Assembly: GCA_965644295.1 (NCBI GenBank)
Contig: CBFFRP010000433.1
Coordinates: 62,001-126,000, forward strand
Direction of reading: 5' to 3'
Source: Paraphysomonas bandaiensis
Taxonomy: Eukaryota > Protista > Chrysophyceae
Length of the DNA: 64,000 nucleotides
The position numbers and the translations under genes were made by a program. Positions 39,122 to 50,000 of this stretch are shown piece after piece. Under the pieces are notes generated by a model. It searched no databases, was not told the DNA's origin, and saw only the letters and a program-made list of their open reading frames with translations. The first letter of the stretch is position 1, and the number at the start of each line of letters is the position of its first letter.

Positions 39122-40377
39122 TCTATCTGTCTATGGCAGTATTATATATTATATAGGCAAAACAAACTTTTTATCACGCAGGAGCCTCATACATTAATTA
39201 TTAAATGATGAGTATTTAATTACTTTACTAATGCTACTACCCGTGGGAAGTTTTTCTTCTAACTAACCGGTACTGCGTGATATGATTTTTCAATTGCGGC
39301 GGACTTGCCATATCTCAGGTCCGCCTACGTCCGCCCTCGTCATCACCTTCATCGCAGGAGTCCTGTGGCAGTGAAACAGCACCAATGGGCCCTGTCATAT
39401 TAAGTTATATCGAATTGTGGCATTTAGTCGAATATGATACCGGTATATAAGGCCATTGGAACAGATTCATCCGCAGAAAAATTAATTGTCACCTAAAATA
39501 GTATATGACTTTATCATATAATATATAACAAATACGCACAATGGGTCTGACAAAAGTTTTTGGAAGACGAGCGGCGTTACCCACACCTCTTCTATAATAA
39601 TAAAGAATTCCTCTAAGCTTTGATCAATCGCATAGATATGAATTTACCTCATTCTGCATGCTGAAAATACAGACTTTGATGTCTTTGAAACACTTCTCCA
39701 CATTATCAAAAATATTTCAAGTTAATATAATAAGAAAATGTTTTCAAATTAAGATGAATTCGAATGCTTTTATCTTGATATATATATACTGTATATATAC
39801 TGTACATATGCAGTGTGTTTGGTGATGTTGCATGTATATAAGCAATTGCTGTATGTCAGAAGTACCCACCACTCACTTGGGCCTTAGAAATCCCTTATTT
39901 TCTACTGTTTCGTAAAAATATGTAGTTTTTTCATACATCATCCAAAACACACACTGCATATAGCAGAAGAATAAGAAGAATACCGCCTAGAAAGCAGAGT
40001 TTTTGGTGTATATTTTGGTGAAAAAACGATTTTTTGTCCTCAGACTGTAATTCCAGTCTATTCTTTTCAGAACTTTCGGTGAACCACCCATCACTGCCTA
40101 CCGTTCTAACCATATATACTCTACCTATACAGGGTCACCCTCAAAGGAAACCAAAATCTTGAGTGTTTTTGGTGGTGGAAAATACACTATGAAAAACTGA
40201 ACCCTTATACTAACTTCGACGTCATCATAAGATAAAGTCCAGCTTAGTCGAGGGGGGTGTGTATATATATATATATACATAGTAAGAGTGTGGTATAATA
40301 TACTTAGAGAAGTTTTCTTATTATTATATAGTTTTATTTTTGTTATTTGTATCTCTGTGTTATATTGTGTTTTTACG

Positions 40378-42269
40378 ATGAGTCGTAGTAGTAATTCTGC
40401 GGGCCCTCCGCCTGTAAGAACTGGACTAAGTGTACAGGTCTATATATATACATACATACATGAATAGAGTTCATTATAATATTTATAGGAATTAAAACAA
40501 ATGACAGCTATGAGAATGGCTCAAACACAAGACACTAGAAGTCGACCAAGTAAAGAGAGCTCATCCCATCCTCCAAGAAACCCTATACCTGCATCAGCTC
40601 CTCACCAGCAGCAGCTCCGGCAGAATGGTCTGTCGAATACACCAAGACAGCAGTATCATCCTATGAAGGATAATGATAAACCTAAAGGAAAATCTGAGTC
40701 GCCGAGCTTTAAAGGTACTCCCCCAAGGAGCTCATCGTCAAGCCCCGGTCCCAAGTTAAAAGGGTCTTCCCGAAGTAAGCCGACACAACCCGATCAAGGG
40801 CTTGCAAATAACAATGGGACTATGCCTCATGGACTTACGGTACAAGAGTTGAAGGAGCTGACCCGTATGCGTCTTGCTCGAGAAGCAGTTGGTGGGTTCT
40901 CGCCTGAGGTATCTGAAGTGTCCGAGAGACGCTCCGGGCGACTTAGCGGAGGGTCCGGATCTGGTGATCTCGAGTCATACAGCGATAGTATACACCGCTC
41001 TGCCCGGAGCGGGTCATCATCTCCTATTTCGAATGCAGACTCAGACAGTGTAGACGATGTGTTTTCTCGACAGTACCCTTACAACTTACCCCGACAGCAA
41101 CCACAATCCCAAGATGAGGCTCATGTTCCCTTGTATGGGAAGGGGTCGGCCTCATCTAGTGGTGGTGGAGGAGGGGCAGCTCCACTCCCTTTGCCTCCTG
41201 CACCTGGGTTTAATGCTCCGGTGTCGTCTAAGTACGTTACGGGCATACACCCAGGACTACATGCCCAGCTTCTACGTCTTGAGCAGGAGCAGCAGCAGGG
41301 ACGCCAGGTACCGACACACAATGCATCTGAGCAGTTCAGGGTAGCGGATTATAAGCCGTCGTCTGCATCGGTTGCAGCGCCTGTGCCATCACTGACGCTC
41401 TCTTTGCCAAACGAGTCGGATGTGAGACACGACCGCAATCAGGCAACCTCAGCATCAGGTCATCTCCCCCCTCCTACTGGTGGGCAACAGACCTTTGCTC
41501 GACCACTGGCCGTAGGAACTCAGGAAAAAGATGGAGTTGTCACAAACAGCCCCGCCAATACACTAAGAAAGCTGGTGCGTACTTCTTACATGCGGTGATA
41601 TTGTGTGTAATGGTGTATATGTTTTAGGCCCTCAGTAATTCTATGAATACCATCGACGGTGTAGGCATTATGGACGGGATACTTAGCTCAGATGGAGGGA
41701 CAAATCAGGCTTCTCCCGGTAGCCCACAGCGCAGCCTTCGTAATAAAAAGAAGTTGTCTATTGATTGCCCTGCACCAGTTCGGCACCGCTCCCTCTCAGA
41801 CTGCAATGACCTTGCATTCGAGGTTGGAATATTTGTTTCTTCGCATTCTTTTTATACTTTGATTTACTTACGTATGCAGATGGCTGAAGCAGTGTTGCTT
41901 TCCCCAGCCCAGAACTCACCCGCCCCTAACTCTCCTGCTGGAGGCCCAGCCGGAAGGAAGTCTCACTTCTTCTCAGATCCCCCGTCAAGACGTAACTCTA
42001 TCGGAGACAACCCACCTTCCCGACGCTCGTCAGATGCTTCTAACGCCTTCTCAGCTCCTGGAGAAAACAACCGATCAACAGCAATAGACGGTGACCCGTG
42101 GTCTGCGGATAAAGACGCAGACACTCCGAACTATTTCGGTTCTCTCTCTTCGAACGGTCCGATGCCTATACTCTTTGGAAGAGTAAGTCCTGTTTCCATG
42201 TCCGAAGGAGCCGGAACAGAGCCCGAATCTGGGCGTGACTCTGGTACACGTGAGAGCAGCAACCTGTAG
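40378..42269 (+). CDS. Low-complexity Ser/Pro/Gln-rich protein with a duplicated GLxVQELKxxTxMRxA motif; multi-exon
   Basis: Exon 1 40378-40437 splices in frame to 40489, giving GLSVQ|ELKQMTAMRMAQ. A second copy GLTVQELKELTRMRLARE lies at 40831-40884. Further introns near 41575-41627 and 41823-41879. Confidence 0.75.
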
Positions 42270-42628
42270 CCATATAGTGGGTGGCCTTTTATCGTAGTAA
42301 CTTGTTGTCATTGCTTGTGCGCAGGCAGCATAAGTGCAACGCTCTGTATCACTTTTCAAACCTATATTCTAGTGCTATTAGACTTGCTGTCATCTGTAGT
42401 AATTGTTATCTGTAGTTAGTATAACATGTTGTAAGTTTCTACATTTCGCGCTTATATATGGATATGCGACATATTAGAGTGTCACAGTTGTCGAAGTGTA
42501 AATTGCAGTTATATTGTTATCCATGTAGTGGCGTTTATTCGTTGCGAGTAGATAGTATGGTAATTAAGCAATGTTGACTGATAGTTTTTCTGTACTGTGA
42601 AAAAAGAGTCTTGGCCGTGTCTAAGGAT

Positions 42629-42679
42629 CAGGGCCTGGTAACCATTAATGTCATTACTATTAACGGTTAACAGGTCCTG
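42629..42679. mobile_element. 51-bp hAT-type micro-MITE, same family as 30404-30502
   Basis: CAGGGCCTGGTAACCATTAAT...ATTAACGGTTAACAGGTCCTG; flanks CTAAGGAT and CTAAGAGT. Confidence 0.78.
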
Positions 42680-42817
42680 CTAAGAGTGACCACAGAAAGA
42701 GCAGTGAATGGGCAGTGTTTTTTGAAACTGGCATCAAGAATTTGTATACCGCGGCCCAACAATGTCTTGACATATTATTCTGCCAGCGAAATTTACAGCA
42801 GCATATATGTTATGATA

Positions 42818-42994
42818 GTGAATGTCTGATTATTTAGCAATAGGCGTTGAGACCTTGCATCAATTAGTGGCTAGAAGAATGCTAGTCATACTAGTTAGAC
42901 CACTACCCGTAACTAATCAATACAAACTCTTTTATCCTACTATTTAACGCTACGAAAGCTGCTTGTGCGTCGCCGCAAGCACCAAGGTGCAACC
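42818..42994 (-). mobile_element. 177-bp 5'-truncated retroposed copy of the LINE 3' end with 14-bp TSD
   Basis: Nearly identical to 44092-44268 (two differences seen). TATATGTTATGATA occurs at 42804-42817 and 42995-43008. Confidence 0.95.
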
Positions 42995-43021
42995 TATATG
43001 TTATGATAAATGCTTCTGGTC

Positions 43022-43318
43022 AGTAGTGAATGTCTTATTATTAGGAGTAGTCGCGTAAGAGTCAGAACCAATTCAGTATTGCAATTAAACTAACTAGTGC
43101 TTCAAACTGATCCTAATATTTAGCACTACGAAAGCTCCAAGGTGAAACCACTTCCGCTCTATTCCGCTCTATCACTAAAAACAACAAATGCCTGTTTATT
43201 CGTCAGACCCTCAGCTTAGTCGGACTCGCACCATTTCGTGGTGTTCTGGGGATAAGTACCGGAGATAACTTTCTGCCTACTCATAGCCAAAAAAGCTCTT
43301 TTGGTACAAGGGACACTA
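43022..43318 (-). mobile_element. Candidate SINE: head with A/B-box-like motifs plus a tail related to the LINE 3' UTR
   Basis: The tail shares GTAGTGAATGTCT.ATTATT, CTACGAAAGCT and CCAAGGTG.AACCACTTCCG.TCT with the LINE 3' UTR. The minus-strand head has TGGCTATGAGTAGG (43289-43276) and GGTGCGAGTCC (43232-43222). The head is repeated at 30803-30930. Confidence 0.55.
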
Positions 43319-44088
43319 GTAAATATCATTTGTGTAGAATAAACAGACATCCGGGATATTGGGCTGTCTGCTTAAGTCAAGCATCCGGGATGAGTTCACC
43401 TTAAAGACTCAAAACTCCTGAAGCCAGCAGACGTCATGGACATCGACATTCTGCTTGCTCTCTGCGTTTGCTTTGAGTGATTAATGCCGACTATAAGTTA
43501 ACATTACTGGCATCTGTGAGTGGCCAATGGCAAAAATGTGAATAGACCTGTTATGTCTTCCCACATGTCTACTGCCTAGTCTTGGTTTATCCTGATCCAC
43601 CAGGTTATTGAGATATTATGAAGGCTCTGGTACTGTTCTCCAAGCAATGTCAGGTATATTTATGGTGTTTTTATGCTATTATTGCATATAGTAGGTTTTC
43701 ATTGAGCGGAGGTGCATGTCAGGACCTCCTCTACTCTTCAGACTACCAGACACCACCTTGAAGGCCCTAAAGATCTGCTGCGTATATACAGGAGACTTAT
43801 ATATTATATGTCGAAAAGACACGGACCGCAATATTTTAGTGTTAGAACAAGTAGATTGGGCAGGAGCGTATGATCCAGCCTGAACACGCAACTCGTTGTA
43901 TGCACATCCATGTAGGTAACTATCGTAAAGGTATAGTTGTATAGTTGAGCAGATACATGCAATATAGTAACTAGATGAGAGTCATGTTTGTTAGTAGGTT
44001 GGTAACGCACAAAACTACACACTTCTTAAAAACCAGATACTCAATATCTATAGGTCAAGACTATATAGATTGTACAAAGCCACAAGGA

Positions 44089-47000
44089 GTAGTGAATGTC
44101 TGATTATTTAGCAATAGGCGTTGAGACCTTGCAGCAATTAGTGGCTAGAAGAATGCTAGTCATACTAGTTAGACCACTACCCGTAACTAATCAATACAAA
44201 CTCTTTTATCCTACTATTTAACGCTACGAAAGCTGCTTGTGCGTCGCCGCAAGCACCAAGGTGCAACCACTTCCGTTCTTTTGTGTGATATGAAATTCGC
44301 CTTTATCGTGTGTCCGTGGACTCACCGGCGCTATTGATCTGGGGGTCTCCCTTTGGGATGGGTCTCCATTGGTGTTGGAGGGGGCTCAGCGTTCTGGATT
44401 AGGGTCCTGAGTGCACCTAGTTCCAGATGTGTGGGTTGAGAGTGGTGGGGATTGTTGGGAGGAGGAGTTGGGTTTGTAGTCTGTGTTACTGTGCTCCTGT
44501 GGGGCCGCGGGTGTAGATAGAGTTGTCGAAGCCGTCGGCGTTGTGGAGGTCTGGGCAGTCCAGTGCTCTGTCGGGTAGGACCTGTGAGGTGTGCACGTGT
44601 GTCTGGAGTCGGGGACGCTGTGGGGGGTCTTCGTTGGACCCCTAGTAGTCGAAGTACTCTCGGACGTTGTCTTGACTGACTGCGTTTCGGACGGGGTCTC
44701 GGGAGTAGCCTGGGCGGCCTTTTGGACATGGTGATATAGCGACAACCGCGATCCTGTAGCATAAGCTTCGCTGCAGTGTAAAGCGGTTGCAGGAGATTAA
44801 TAACCGCTGTTTCTAGGTTCCGTAGACTGTGTGCCGTCAGGTGGTTGTGTATGGCATCTTCGAAGACCGTTTCCAGTTGGGCTGCTGTGATGGTTCCAGT
44901 CCAGTATCTCTCGACCTGTGGGATGGAGGGATTCCAGGCTCTGCTGGAGAGTCTCCGTAGTGCAGATGTGATCCAGTTGGGTAAGGTCTGAGTTCTCTGT
45001 ATTTCGTGGAGCACATTTTTATGCGATTGAAATGCAGTTTCCCTTATTTGGGTGATGGATTCATGTGTGCAGTCGAGGCACATATGTTTTAGGGAATCTA
45101 GTCGAAACCCGCAGTCAGAGCATGCGGCTTTGGTCAGGTCAAGCCCCTGTTTGGTTTTGGCCCGGTTCCTCCCTATGCAGAAAGATTTGTCCCATGTCAG
45201 TGCCGTGTTGAGTATTCTTTGGCGTAGATTTGAGCTGAGTTTGTCTTTGGATGCACTGCCATCCGCTTGAGCTAGTTTGCGCGGGAGGTGTACTCCGCTA
45301 TTGGTCCAGTAGCCAGGCGCTCGATCAGGATTGTGTCCGTAGCGTTGATCTCTGGTTGAAGTGTAGTTCTCAAGTGTCCTTAGGTCGCAGAGATCCTGGA
45401 AATTAGTAAGGAGTGGGCTAGAGTAGTATGGCCGTCTTGTACTGTGCATACGCCAGTGCCATAATCCAGCAGTTAGTAAGCGTTCGATGGCACTGTCAAT
45501 CGCAATTGTGCAGACAGTGTAGTTATTTTTTCCAAGGATGCGATCGACTTCATGCCAGTCTTCACCCGCAACTGCGTCCGCAATATAGATGCCCTTGTCC
45601 TCAAACGTCCACTCCGTTTCATCTGTGGTACGTCGTTCGGGATGAGACCTCACCCAGGTCACCTGTCGTTTGCAATCTCTGCTGGCTGCGATGCTTTCGA
45701 GTAGTACCCCTTTTGCACGGTGACCGAGAGCTCTGCGTCTTGTGGAGAGTGCTTCCTCAGTGCGGGTGCACACTGCCTGACAGTCTGTGTGGCTTCTTAT
45801 GTGTTCGGGAATACGTGTTGAGAGTATAAGCCCCATGGCTGTGCCTATGAGTTCATATGCGTATGAGTCCAAACCGGGCACGTCACGAAAGGGTGTATCT
45901 AGTCGTAGTATTGTGGTTGTACCATCTTCCCAGGCATTTTCTGGGGGTAAGTAGACGACCGCTGCACCTCCTCGGTGTGTCCATCGGGTTCGCGGATTGA
46001 CATGAGTGAGGCGACGAGTGGAGAGCGCACTGGCTGTGTATGATCCATCTGTGAAGATAGCCTTGAAAGTATCTGGTTGGACACTATTAAGGCCGAGTTC
46101 TTGTTTTAGGTTGGTCAGCATGTGTTCATCCTGTGGTTCGGGGGGCTCAGGTTCCTGAAGGGTAAGGCCCAATTCCGTTCCCCATTCCCTGAGGCTGAGA
46201 ACATAGTGGTGGTATTGGGGCTGTGGCTCTGTTGTCTGAGTGAGTAGAAAATGTGCTGCTTGACCTGCTTCTCCTCCGAGGGTTATTGCGCGCTGTAGAG
46301 ATCCCCATTTTTGCTCCTGCGCTGAGTCTGAGAAACGTTTCATACCTAATCCGTTGTGCTTGAGTGAGAGGTAGATCAGTTCCGTGGGGTATCCAGGGCC
46401 TAGACTGAGGGCCTTTCTGTAGAGGGTTGCGCAAGCAGCGTCAATTTCTCTGTACCAGTGTAGCGGCCATGAGGCTTTGGTGGCTCTATAGAGCAAAGTC
46501 GGTATGATTTGGGTCTCGATAACCATGACTATACAGCCGGCTGAGGCCTGTTTGATCCCTAGGTGTGTGGTCACGACTTTCAGGTATTTTAGACACCAGT
46601 CATGGGAGGCCTTGTCTGTGATTGTGAGAGGAAGGTCTGCTCCGAGGTAATGTATCGACTCTAGTGATGTTTGGATAGGGACTGGGTGTGGGCGCCATGA
46701 CCAGTCGTAGAGAATGATGTAGCCAATGGGGTCGGAGGCCTTGTTGGAATCCTGTAGGATCGGAAACACTGTGCAAACTACTTTGGGGATAGAGAGTTCC
46801 ATTCCCGAAAGTACGCAGAACGCAGATATTTGTTGGGCAATGAGTTGGGCAGCGTGTATGGATTTAGCTATTGTGTTAAGATCATCCGCGAAGGAGATCT
46901 TTATTTCGCCTGTAGTCGGAGTCGTGAGTTGAATAGTTGGTAACGTTGGACTCGTTGTTGACAGTTCAATGTCCAGCCACGTGAGAAGGATGTCGTAGAG

Positions 47001-50000
47001 TGCCACCCAGGCGCATGTGGATTCTGTGCCCCCTTGGGTGATACCCCTTTCGGCTTCGAAACCCAGACTGAATAGTGCAATGAAGTGGCCGTCTGCGGAC
47101 AGGAGGTCAAGGAGAGAACGTGGCTCTATGTTGTTTGCCATGAATGGTGTCCAGGGAAATGTTAGACCTCCGGCATCTAAGTTGCCAAACCAGTCAACTA
47201 CATCGTCCGGAACGCCCAGTCGTGCCCACGCGAGACGCATGAGGTTAGGCGCAATTGAGTCGAAGGCCTTCTTGAAGTCCCAGAGTGTACATATATGCTG
47301 GTCGCCTTTTCGTCTTGCTTCTTCTGCAGCCGCGAGTACCCGTAGTATCGCTGTGTCCGTCCCGTTCCTCCAGCGATAACCATGCTGGGACGGATGCAAA
47401 ACTTTCTGTTCCTCCCATACGGTAAGAATTCTATGAGTGATTATCCTTGTTAATATTTTCCTACTGACTTCAAGCAGACCAATCGGTCGGAGATTAGTGA
47501 GGGAGGATTCTCCTGGTTTCTTGAGAATGGGAGACATTACCCTGTCTCTCCACCAAATGGGCACATGTTTATGTTTCCAGAGAGATCTGGTGAGGATGTA
47601 AGCCTCTCGCTGAACTACCGGTGGCCAGGATTTGACCATGTTGGAGGAGACCATTGAGGGTCCAGGCGCGCGGTTGAAGGAGAGAGAGTGAAGTGTGCAA
47701 TAGAATTCATCCTGGGTGATGTCTTTTGCAAGAGTAGATTTGAGTGTGGCTGCCATGGCCGGAGTGGTCTTGGTACAAAGGGCCCGTCGTAACCCCAGTT
47801 GCAGGGGAAGAGGAATTTTCGAGCGGGGGTGGAGTGGTTCCTGGCATGTCGCTGAGCCCGGATCAAGAAGTGATTTCCACCATGTAGGGTCATCCTGGAG
47901 CTGTTGTGCTACAGGGTCAAGTCCAGGAGGTTTGGCATGATGCTCACGGAAGTGCGCATTAATGCCTTCATGAATGTCTTGCGGCGTTGTGAGGATGTGT
48001 CCGTCCGTTGTTTTCACCGTGGTAAGTCGGAGTAGTGTTTTGACCTTGAGACCAATTTTCTGAAGAATTGCTTGAAGTCTTTTCTGCTGTAGCAGTGCCT
48101 CCATCTGCTTGGTGCGAGCCGTGAGTCTAGTCCGCATTTCTGTCCTGGCTCTTCCATGAAGAAGTCCTCTCAGTCGCAAGGCAATTCGGAGAAGGTTTTT
48201 CTTGGTGGCTTGCTTTGCGTTCCAACCCAGGATTACTCGTGGGTCCGCGTTGCGGTGGCTGCACCAGAAGTTGATGTCCGATATGCCTTTGATGTGACCC
48301 TGAGAACTCCTGAGATAGGAGTCCCATCGGGCGAACCATGCAGTGATGATTTCGTGGGTGGGGGTGGTTGCCGGGGGGCCGCGCCATCCATGCCGTTTGT
48401 ATCCAGCAGAATTGAACATCTTTTGGATAATCCGCAAAACCATGAGCATTCCTTCCTGTATTACTCTCATTTCCGGGGAAAAGCCATTCTTGAACTTTGA
48501 GCGTGTGCGCTGACAACGTTCGTGTAGGCGTGTGCTATGTGTACATGCAGGACGCTTCGCCTCAAGCGAAGCCTGGAGGGTTATGTGATGGATGGCCGCT
48601 AGTCTGTTGGCTGCCACCTCAGGAGGGAGTATGGCAGTCGATCCGTTGTCTAAATGTGGTAGTTGTGCATGAAGTTGGAGGAGTCTTGCGGTGTATGCCT
48701 GTACTTCCTTGGAGTCCTTCGGGTTTACATTGAGACGGGGGGGGATTCGGAGGTGCGACTCCGGTGGTCGAGGGTCAAGATTGACTGGTACGGTGAAACC
48801 GACCCAGACCGGTCGATGATCGAAGGCTGCTGCGAGTAATGAGGAGGAGTCAAGGCAGCCAGTGTCCGTAACAGACATGTTCGGAGGTAACGGCGTGTGT
48901 AGAATATGATCGATCCGCGATATTCCTTTGTCTAATCTGTGGAAGGTATGATATGTTTTCCTGGGTAGGAGAAGCTCATGGAGTGGTGCAGCCAGTTGGA
49001 GTTTGTCGGCAAGTGGTCGTATGTCTCTGCCTTTAGGATTTGTCTCCATGGAGCCATTGAAGTCGCCGGCGACAATGACAGTATGGTCCTTGGCTCTGGC
49101 TTTAGTGACCCATTTCGTAAGGATGTTGCATAGGAGCTTGTAGGGGTCAGCAGTACAGATACCACGGGACGCTCTCCCTAGCTTGGTCAATTTGCTCCAT
49201 AATGTGCAAGTGCCTGGCGTGGATGGCTTCGGGGGTAGATAGACGCTTATTAGTACTAGGGTGTGCGCCACCGACGTTTTGAACTCTAGTCGGCTCACTA
49301 AACCAAGTCCCGTAAAGTCAGCCTTTGTGAAGGCGAGACGGCGCTTCCAGTATTCGCTGATTATGACTACTGTACCCCCCATTAGTGGGTCTCTTGAAGT
49401 CAGTTTTGGCTGCTTGCTGAGGAAGAGGCATATTCTTGTTCCCTGGAGTGCATCTTCGATGATACGCGTGAAGAAGTTGGCCTGAGTTTCTGTTAGACGG
49501 ACATCCTGTAATAGGAGCACGTCCAATTTTTGCCGCTTAAAGTGTCGGATGATAGCTTGGGCTTTACCTGTGTGTGATGCCGGATTGCCATTTGTGTTCC
49601 ATGTGGAGAGTCGGAGTCCCATGGCTGCTCCCGAGGGATCCTTGGGGATGCTGCTGGAGGTCTCTGTAGGAGTTCCACTCTTGTCTGCAAGGAGTCTGTC
49701 CCATACTGCTATATTGGCACCGCCTATGTCGCTGTCGTACGCAGCCCTGGCTTGGATTAATATCCCAAGTGGCCAGCGTTGATCACACCAATAATGATGT
49801 CCGTAGTTGATGAGAAGTTCTTCATCCTTAGCAATGGAACGTATTGTACGGACATAGAGGCGTTTATTTTTCGTGACAAACTTGACATTAGCCATGTTTG
49901 TGGCTAGGGGGTCATTAATATACCCAGCTTCGCATGTTACACATTGTCGGACTTGGTCAAAGCCATCTATTGCGAAGGTACCAGTACTGTCTTGAACTAT

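Noticed and set aside
37751-40113. Possible minus-strand gene fragments and a GCGGAC..GTCCGC hairpin near 39299-39325
   Set aside because: No coherent exon chain or second copy was found.
43195-43245. Possible hammerhead ribozyme (CTGACGA and GAAA on the minus strand; CTGATGA near 30890)
   Set aside because: The three required stems could not be formed around the core, and the CUGANGA positions are not homologous between the two copies.
43222-43290. tRNA gene
   Set aside because: A/B-box-like motifs are present but no cloverleaf could be drawn, so it is treated only as a SINE-like head.
44700-45070. Restriction-like endonuclease after the CCHC knuckle (Dualen-type)
   Set aside because: No RH or PD..(D/E)xK motifs are visible; the region is helical and then Arg/Pro-rich.
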